Below, in pieces: positions 58,092-64,000 of a DNA stretch of 64,000 nucleotides. Position numbers and translations under genes: made by a program. The DNA lies in NCBI RefSeq assembly GCF_021432385.1, contig NZ_JAEACT010000002.1:502016-566015 (forward strand), given 5' to 3'. Position 1 is the first letter of the stretch. Each line of letters opens with the position of its first letter. Source of the DNA: Clostridium hydrogenum (GTDB lineage Bacteria; Bacillota; Clostridia; Clostridiales; Clostridiaceae). The notes below the pieces were generated by a model that was given only the letters and a program-made list of their open reading frames with translations, was not told the DNA's origin and did not search any database.

Positions 58092-58759
58092 CTTTTCCCT
58101 CCTAATAAATTTTTTAAAACATCTACTTTTTTGGTTGTTATAGAATTTACCCTTAAACTTATCATTCTCTCCATTTGACTTACTTCGTCAACTGTCCAAA
58201 CCGAACATAATAATCCATTCTCCCTACAAGCTTCTACAAGTTCAACTGATGCTAATTCATAAAATATATTTACCCCAATTGCCTTTAAACTTTTTATTTC
58301 CATCATTAGTTCATTCAAATATGATTTTGTATGTATTTTTGATATATCAAGTTTAGGTGGTTCAAGATTTATAAAGTAACTCTTTCCAATTAGCTTGTCT
58401 ATGTTTTCAATTAGACTTTTAAAATTTATCCCTGTAAAAAAGGTTTTGCTCTCAATATCATAATCTGAAATAATCTTATTAGCCTTTTCTATCACTTCCA
58501 TTTTCTTTACATCAATATTCAATAATACATTTTGTTCTTTTATTAATTCTAAAACCTCTCCAAATTTTTTATACTGGACATCTCCTTCAGGTACGTTATG
58601 ACTTAAAATAAGTTCTCCCTCTTCATTTTCATTTTCATTAAGGTCAATTTCTATGATATCAGCCTGATGCTTTATTCCTTCTGTTATTGACTCAAGACTA
58701 TCCATCTCGGTACCCATACAACCAGCATGTGCTGTTATATTTATTTTGTTTTTTTCCAT
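58088..58759 (-). CDS. glycerophosphodiester phosphodiesterase-like (GDPD family) protein
   Basis: N-terminal ITAHAGC...E.D pattern and a TIM-barrel-sized protein (223 aa) at the head of the ABC importer operon. The assignment is tentative. Confidence 0.45.
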   Translation of the reverse strand: MEKNKINITAHAGCMGTEMDSLESITEGIKHQADIIEIDLNENENEEGELILSHNVPEGDVQYKKFGEVLELIKEQNVLLNIDVKKMEVIEKANKIISDYDIESKTFFTGINFKSLIENIDKLIGKSYFINLEPPKLDISKIHTKSYLNELMMEIKSLKAIGVNIFYELASVELVEACRENGLLCSVWTVDEVSQMERMISLRVNSITTKKVDVLKNLLGGKR

Positions 58760-58957
58760 AGTATCTCACCTACACTTATAATAATTTTAAGCTGTCTGAC
58801 AGTTATTATTTTATACTGCTATTGTTAAGTAAAATGTACTTTTAAGTTAATTCCCTGTTAAAGCAAAAAAAATCCCCTCGAAAGCATCTTTAATGCAAAC
58901 AAAGAGAATTTATATATAGATAAGCAATTTGAAAAGTTAAAATTGCTTTTACCAAGT

Positions 58958-59220
58958 TCATCCTGTTAAATTACAATTTTTAGAGCAGAGTACAGATGAC
59001 AGAGTACAGAGTACAGTGAATGATAATTTGCCTTTCGCTTTGCTTAGGTAAATCTTAAACTTAATGTTGTCAGCTTCGCTGAGCACCATTTATGGGGCGA
59101 TTGCGCAGCAATAAAAATAAGTTTTCAAATTTTTCACAGTGCTAACGGAGAAAAATCATCCTTCGTTGTACTCTGTACTCTGTACTCCGTACTCTATGTT
59201 AAATTGTAATTTGTCAGGAT
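58958..59220. mobile_element. complete copy of the MITE-like element
   Basis: Outer IR TCATCCTGTTAAATTACAATTT ... AAATTGTAATTTGTCAGGAT. Heptamer TIRs GAGTACAGATGACAGAGTACAGAGTACAGTGAATGATAATTT and AAATCATCCTTCGTTGTACTCTGTACTCTGTACTCCGTACTC. The same core as the 25.9 kb copy (GTCAGCTTCGCTGA, GCGATTGCGCAGCAATAAAAATAAGTTTTCA). Confidence 0.75.
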
Positions 59221-59251
59221 AAACTTGGTATTTGCAATTTCAATGTTCCAG

Positions 59252-61387
59252 TTATATTTTAAACTTTCTTACCATATTTTCTAAGTCCTTAGCCAGTTGT
59301 TCTTGCTTCTCTGATGCTGCTGCTACCTTTTTTACAACATCTGTAGTTTCATTAACGCTAATTTTTATTGTTTCAGTATTTTCAGATGATTTTTGAGCAT
59401 TTCTTGCAGTTCCTTGTACTGATTCACTTACCTCATTTATTGTTGCAGTAAGCTCCTCTGTCATAGAAGCTATTTCCTCTGACATCTTGCTTACAAACTC
59501 TGAATCCTTGTAATATACATCTCCTATATCCTCCATGTACTTTAATTGAGGATATACATTTTCATATATAAAATTGAGAACATCCTTTTCATTATCAGAA
59601 AGGCTTTTAAATGCATCTTGAACTTTTTTAATGGTATCCTGTATATTGGACACGGCTTCAGATGACTGCTCTGCGAGTTTTCTAACTTCTTCTGCAACCA
59701 CTGCAAAACCTTTTCCCTGTTCTCCTGCTCTTGCCGCTTCTATCGATGCATTAAGTGCAAGCAAATTTGTTTGCTCAGATATTTCTGAAATAGTATCTGC
59801 CATAACCTTTATGTTCTCTACAACCTTACCATCTTCTATTGCTTTTAAAGCTTTATTCTTCTTTTCTTCATATATTTTTTTAGTTTCTTCAACTGCAGCT
59901 CTTCCTTTATCCTTAATGTCAGTAGCTGTTTTCTTTGAAGTATTTGCATTATTGCTGCTATCCATTGCCTTATCCGAAAGTACATTTATACTAGAATCTA
60001 CTTCCTCAACAGATGTACTTATCTCTTCAGAAGCCGCCCCTGCTTCCTCCATTTCATTTGATATTTTTACTATTGCTTTATCAATTTCTTCAGCTTTTAA
60101 TAATAATTCATTGGTAGCATAACCTAGTTCTTCACTCATGGAGTTCATATTTTGAGAATTCTTAAGCATTTCTTTGATTATCATTACAAATTGCTTTTTC
60201 ATAATCATGAAGGCTTCTGCAAGCTGTCCTATTTCATCCTTACGCTTTATCAAGTATTTATAATCTTCATCCTCAGTCAAATCAAATTCCGAAGATTTTT
60301 TAATTATCCCAGTAATTTTAATCAAGGGCTTTGAAATTATGCTTCCAAAATATAGAGAAATTACTGCAACTATAATTATGCCAATTACAATAAATATACT
60401 TATTATTCTAATTAGATTATTAGACTGCCTAAAAATTTCACTTTCTGGTGCTGCAAGTACAATTGTCCACCCATTAGAAAGTTTTTTATAAGCTAAATCT
60501 TTTTTGATACCATTAAAATCATAGTCATATATCTTATTTGAAGTTTTATTTTTACTTATCTCATTTGCCAAAAACTTCAGCGAACCTTTATCTACAGTAT
60601 TTAAATTATCCTTTATTGTATATTTAGGATGAATCATAAAGTTATAGTTATCATTAATTAAAAATGAATACCCACCAGCATATACTTTAGTGCTTTTTAC
60701 AATGTCCTTAATCTGATTGAAATCAATATCCATTCCTACTATACCAATAGTCTGTCCATCTTTAAAAATTGGAACCACATAGGATATCATATAAACATTA
60801 ATATTAGAATTCAAATACGGATCGAGCCATGTTGCTTTTCCATTTTTTATAGGAGTGTAATACCATCCAACATGTGCTGTATCGCTTGGATCATATTTGC
60901 TAAAATCCGTTGGAACTAATTTTTTAAAATCACCTTTTGCACTTTCCTTTGAATAAAATACTCCAGATGTTGGTGGGGTATATTTAGGATTAAATCTTAT
61001 GTAAAAGGTCATTGCCCCATCTGTATTTTCTCCAAACTCCTTAGCTATAGCTTCTATTTTATTTTGGTAATCGTTCAAATAATTACTGTCGGTAAAAAAT
61101 TTATTTACATCACCTAAGTTATCAACTGATATCTTTGCTAATGTATCTACTGATGCCTGTATTTTTGAAATCTTTAAATTCAGTTCATTAGCTTCATTTT
61201 CACAACTAAGTTGTATCTTTTCTTTTGAATTTTCCTTTGACATAGTAGTTGAATTTATAATACCTGCTGCCCCAACAAATAATGCAATTAGTATTGAACT
61301 TAATATTATCGCTAAAAATATTTTAGTTCTTATGCTTCTCATAATTTTCATCCCCCTAATTATTCTTTTGTTAAACATGCCTTTCAT
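59252..61387 (-). CDS. methyl-accepting chemotaxis protein
   Basis: N-terminal TM, an extracytoplasmic Cache-like domain, a second TM, a HAMP domain, and the highly conserved MCP signalling motif [38 protein letters not shown]. Confidence 0.8.
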   Translation of the reverse strand: MKGMFNKRIIRGMKIMRSIRTKIFLAIILSSILIALFVGAAGIINSTTMSKENSKEKIQLSCENEANELNLKISKIQASVDTLAKISVDNLGDVNKFFTDSNYLNDYQNKIEAIAKEFGENTDGAMTFYIRFNPKYTPPTSGVFYSKESAKGDFKKLVPTDFSKYDPSDTAHVGWYYTPIKNGKATWLDPYLNSNINVYMISYVVPIFKDGQTIGIVGMDIDFNQIKDIVKSTKVYAGGYSFLINDNYNFMIHPKYTIKDNLNTVDKGSLKFLANEISKNKTSNKIYDYDFNGIKKDLAYKKLSNGWTIVLAAPESEIFRQSNNLIRIISIFIVIGIIIVAVISLYFGSIISKPLIKITGIIKKSSEFDLTEDEDYKYLIKRKDEIGQLAEAFMIMKKQFVMIIKEMLKNSQNMNSMSEELGYATNELLLKAEEIDKAIVKISNEMEEAGAASEEISTSVEEVDSSINVLSDKAMDSSNNANTSKKTATDIKDKGRAAVEETKKIYEEKKNKALKAIEDGKVVENIKVMADTISEISEQTNLLALNASIEAARAGEQGKGFAVVAEEVRKLAEQSSEAVSNIQDTIKKVQDAFKSLSDNEKDVLNFIYENVYPQLKYMEDIGDVYYKDSEFVSKMSEEIASMTEELTATINEVSESVQGTARNAQKSSENTETIKISVNETTDVVKKVAAASEKQEQLAKDLENMVRKFKI

Positions 61388-61560
61388 TTATTTCATAATA
61401 CACTGTATATACACAATAGTAAATAAAAAAATGTACTAATTAGTCAAAGTTTAGCTAATTAGTACATTTCCTAACGCTTAGTAAAATTAACCTGATATAC
61501 AATACTAAAATCATTAATTTAATACATAACACTTGTTGTTTCTCAATTTAATATGCCTTA

Positions 61561-62433
61561 TTAACTATTTTTTAAATATTTTATAAGTAGTTTAATTTGT
61601 GGCAACATGTAATAAGAATTTTTACATAAAATATAAGTATTACGACAAAATGGAGTCCCATCTGAAAAATATAACTCTTTAATATATCCATCAAAGTTAT
61701 CCAAGCATATTTTGGGGAAAATACCCCATCCTAATCCGTATTTAGCCATTTCTAAGCAAGTATCAATATTGTCCATCCAAAGTTTTGTATTGTCAACAGA
61801 TATGCCATTTTCCAAAATCCAAGTCTCAATTTTCCCTTGTGAAATGGGATCGGTAGTTCTTCCAATATACGAGTAAGAATTAAGCGGAAGATTTGCGTTT
61901 TCATTACTGCACACAAGACACATCGGTTCGGTATCTAATAGTATAATTTGTTCATCCCAGTTATATTCTCCCCGTATAATTGCCATGGAAAATTCATCCC
62001 TTTTAAGTCTATTATATAAATTTTTGCTATGATCAGTAATTATATTAACATCAACATTTGGAAATGCCTCTGTATAACTTTTTAAAATCTTAGGAAGGCG
62101 ATATCGAGCATAATTTAATGAAACTCCTGCAGATAAACTTCCTCCCATAAAATCATGGTTAGCTGATACATGTTGACGCATCTCATTTAAAGTATTTACT
62201 ACATTTCTAATATACGGGATAATACTTTCACCTAAGGGAGTAAATAAAACTCCTTTCTTAGAACGGATAAGCAATTCAGCACCCAACTCTTTTTCTATTT
62301 TTTTAATCCTCTTTGTGAGGGCAGGTTGAGTGATAAATAATTTTTCAGATGCCTTTGTAATATTTTTCAATTTATACAGTGTTAAAATTAACTTATAATC
62401 CTTCTCATCCATAATTATTAATCCTTTATTCAT
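61561..62433 (-). CDS. LysR-family transcriptional regulator
   Basis: N-terminal LysR HTH (LKNITKASEKLFITQPALTKRIKKIEKELG) and a C-terminal substrate-binding domain. 290 aa. Confidence 0.8.
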   Translation of the reverse strand: MNKGLIIMDEKDYKLILTLYKLKNITKASEKLFITQPALTKRIKKIEKELGAELLIRSKKGVLFTPLGESIIPYIRNVVNTLNEMRQHVSANHDFMGGSLSAGVSLNYARYRLPKILKSYTEAFPNVDVNIITDHSKNLYNRLKRDEFSMAIIRGEYNWDEQIILLDTEPMCLVCSNENANLPLNSYSYIGRTTDPISQGKIETWILENGISVDNTKLWMDNIDTCLEMAKYGLGWGIFPKICLDNFDGYIKELYFSDGTPFCRNTYILCKNSYYMLPQIKLLIKYLKNS

Positions 62434-62702
62434 TACTTTTGGTTATGATTATTTATAAAATAGTATTATTATACATTATAACATATAAGATATATAATAG
62501 AATTGCGTTATTTAAGAAATTCTTAATTTAGGCATATTAAAGAAAATAACAAGTGCAACTTTCAGCTAGTTTTGTGTACTACTTCGTCACCATAACACGC
62601 TAAGACAACCAGTATTAAGGAATTATAGTTCCTTGTATTGCACAAAACTATCTCTCAATTTGGACTTATTATTTTTTTTAAGATGCCTTAAAAGGAGATA
62701 AA

Positions 62703-63317
62703 ATGATTAATCAAAATAAAACAAAATCAAATACTTGCACAATTACCAAACTGCTTCTTACATGGCTACAAATTGGTTTTACATCCTTCGGTGGTGGTGC
62801 TACAACTCAATATCTTATCCAAGAGCAATTTATTTACAAACATAAATGGATAACTGATGAAGAATATGCTAATATCATCGGAATGTGTCAGATAACCCCA
62901 GGTATGAATATAATTGCATACACCATACTTATAGGTAAAAAGTTAGCTGGTGCTATAGGAATTCTTGTATCTTTGGTTGGCCTTATTTTACCTAGTGCAG
63001 CAGTTACAATTGCATTAACTACAATTTATACTTCTATTAGTAAATCACCAAAAGTACATTCTGCACTTCACACAGTATTTGCTGCTATTTTTGGTATAGC
63101 TTTAGCTACCAATTGGAGAAATGTACAACCTATTATTATAAAAAATTATAAGCGGGAACACATTATTTTTGCAACAACACTTGTTATAATGATTGGCAGT
63201 GGAATTATTTATATACTTTTAAACCCACCTGTAATTTTATTATATGTCTTAGGTGGCTTATGCTTTGCTGTTGCCTATTGGTATATTTCAAAGAAAGAGG
63301 TGAAGGTTAACAAATGA
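62703..63317 (+). CDS. chrA: chromate transporter (CHR family) short-chain subunit 1
   Basis: GFTSFGGGATTQYLIQEQF motif typical of ChrA N-terminal halves. 4-nt overlap with the partner gene. Confidence 0.7.
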   Translation: MINQNKTKSNTCTITKLLLTWLQIGFTSFGGGATTQYLIQEQFIYKHKWITDEEYANIIGMCQITPGMNIIAYTILIGKKLAGAIGILVSLVGLILPSAAVTIALTTIYTSISKSPKVHSALHTVFAAIFGIALATNWRNVQPIIIKNYKREHIIFATTLVIMIGSGIIYILLNPPVILLYVLGGLCFAVAYWYISKKEVKVNK

Positions 63318-63823
63318 GCTGGATTGTATTTTTTTGGATCTTACTTAAATCAGTTTTATTCTCTTCAGGAGGTTATGGACCTTTACCTAGTTTACATTCT
63401 GACTTTATACATTATAGGCTATCAGGTCAAAAACAATTTACTGAAGCCTTATCAATTGGACAAATTACTCCTGGCCCTAATGGACTTTGGGTTGTAAGTC
63501 TATGCTATTTAGTTGCTGGATTGCGTGGTGCTTTATTGTCATGCATTGCATTGCTTTTGCCACCGCTTTTAATCTTAATTGTTCAACCTTGCTATAATCG
63601 TATTGCCAGCTATCCCGCAACACAAGGGCTACTTGATGGTGTAGTAATTGTTATATCTACCTTTAGTATAATAGTTGTATTTAAAATATTCGTAGGTAAT
63701 GGCATAGATATAGAAACAATTGCAATTGCAGCTATAAGTTTTGCATTAGCAATGTCAAGACGTGTATCTACAAATATTATATTATTAGTTTCAGCCCTGA
63801 TAGGCATAGGGTTGTCGCATTAA
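63314..63823 (+). CDS. chrA: chromate transporter (CHR family) short-chain subunit 2
   Basis: Paired CHR half (GQITPGPNGLWV). Gene-pair organisation as in split ChrA systems. Confidence 0.7.
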   Translation: MSWIVFFWILLKSVLFSSGGYGPLPSLHSDFIHYRLSGQKQFTEALSIGQITPGPNGLWVVSLCYLVAGLRGALLSCIALLLPPLLILIVQPCYNRIASYPATQGLLDGVVIVISTFSIIVVFKIFVGNGIDIETIAIAAISFALAMSRRVSTNIILLVSALIGIGLSH

Positions 63824-63865
63824 AGGTTGCTAAATCATGATTAATAAATATTGCGAAGCAGCTAA

Positions 63866-64000
63866 ATCAAAGTACAGAGTACAAAGTACAATGAAGGATG
63901 ATTTACCTTCCCTTACGTCAGGTAAATCTTAAACTTAACTGTTGTCAGCGAAGCTGACAACAGTAATGACGCGATTGCGTAAGCAATCAAAAATAAGTTA
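63866..64000. mobile_element. MITE-like element copy, truncated by the window end
   Basis: AAAGTACAGAGTACAAAGTACAATGAAGGATGATTTACCTTCCCTTACGTCAGGTAAATCTTAAACTTAACTGTTGTCAGCGAAGCTGACAACAG...GCGATTGCGTAAGCAATCAAAAATAAGTT. Confidence 0.7.

Overview
AT-rich, low-GC Firmicute chromosomal segment, Clostridium-like in codon usage. Strong GGAGG-type ribosome-binding sites; most genes are on the minus strand. Region by region: (i) 1-4.1 kb: a sactipeptide-like RiPP locus made of a radical-SAM/SPASM maturase, two small ORFs the ORF track missed (54 and 52 aa), a winged-helix regulator, an M16 (HxxEH) peptidase and an MFS exporter. (ii) 4.3-5.6 kb: an RNPP/Rgg-like HTH+TPR regulator, with a divergent 53-aa signal-peptide ORF. 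(iii) 5.7-10.9 kb: a two-component system plus an ABC transporter (frameshifted ATPase, FtsX permease). (iv) 11-14.6 kb: two divergent MFS transporters and a MarR regulator. (v) 14.7-20.6 kb: a small accessory region carrying an Rpn-like nuclease, an EEP nuclease, a zinc-ribbon protein, a TetR regulator and a BAAT-like hydrolase. (vi) 20.6-29 kb: two tandem large LuxR-family ATP-binding (LAL/MalT-like) regulators and an ABC-2 exporter. (vii) 29.6-35.1 kb: a beta-helix secreted protein, flotillin, a sigma factor and a secreted protein with two carbohydrate-binding-like repeats. (viii) 35.2-46.2 kb: the most unusual locus, a single minus-strand operon. It encodes an ACP, a tandem ketosynthase (KS) / chain-length-factor (CLF)-like protein, an unknown 370-aa protein, four tandem 44-aa precursor peptides (conserved leader, variable core ending in CC), a radical-SAM/SPASM enzyme, an M50 membrane metalloprotease and an FtsX-type ABC exporter. 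This is a candidate hybrid fatty-acyl/polyketide-RiPP system. (ix) 46.6-64 kb: NUDIX hydrolase, a second two-component system, a dapA-family gene behind a lysine riboswitch, GntR regulator, PHP-domain protein, an ABC importer with a GDPD-like gene, a chemoreceptor, LysR regulator and a split ChrA pair. Throughout the window there are at least seven copies or fragments of a MITE-like element, about 265 bp when complete. Its terminal inverted repeats are tandem heptamers (AAGTACA)n followed by GAAGGATGATTT. Some copies sit at gene ends or inside operons.
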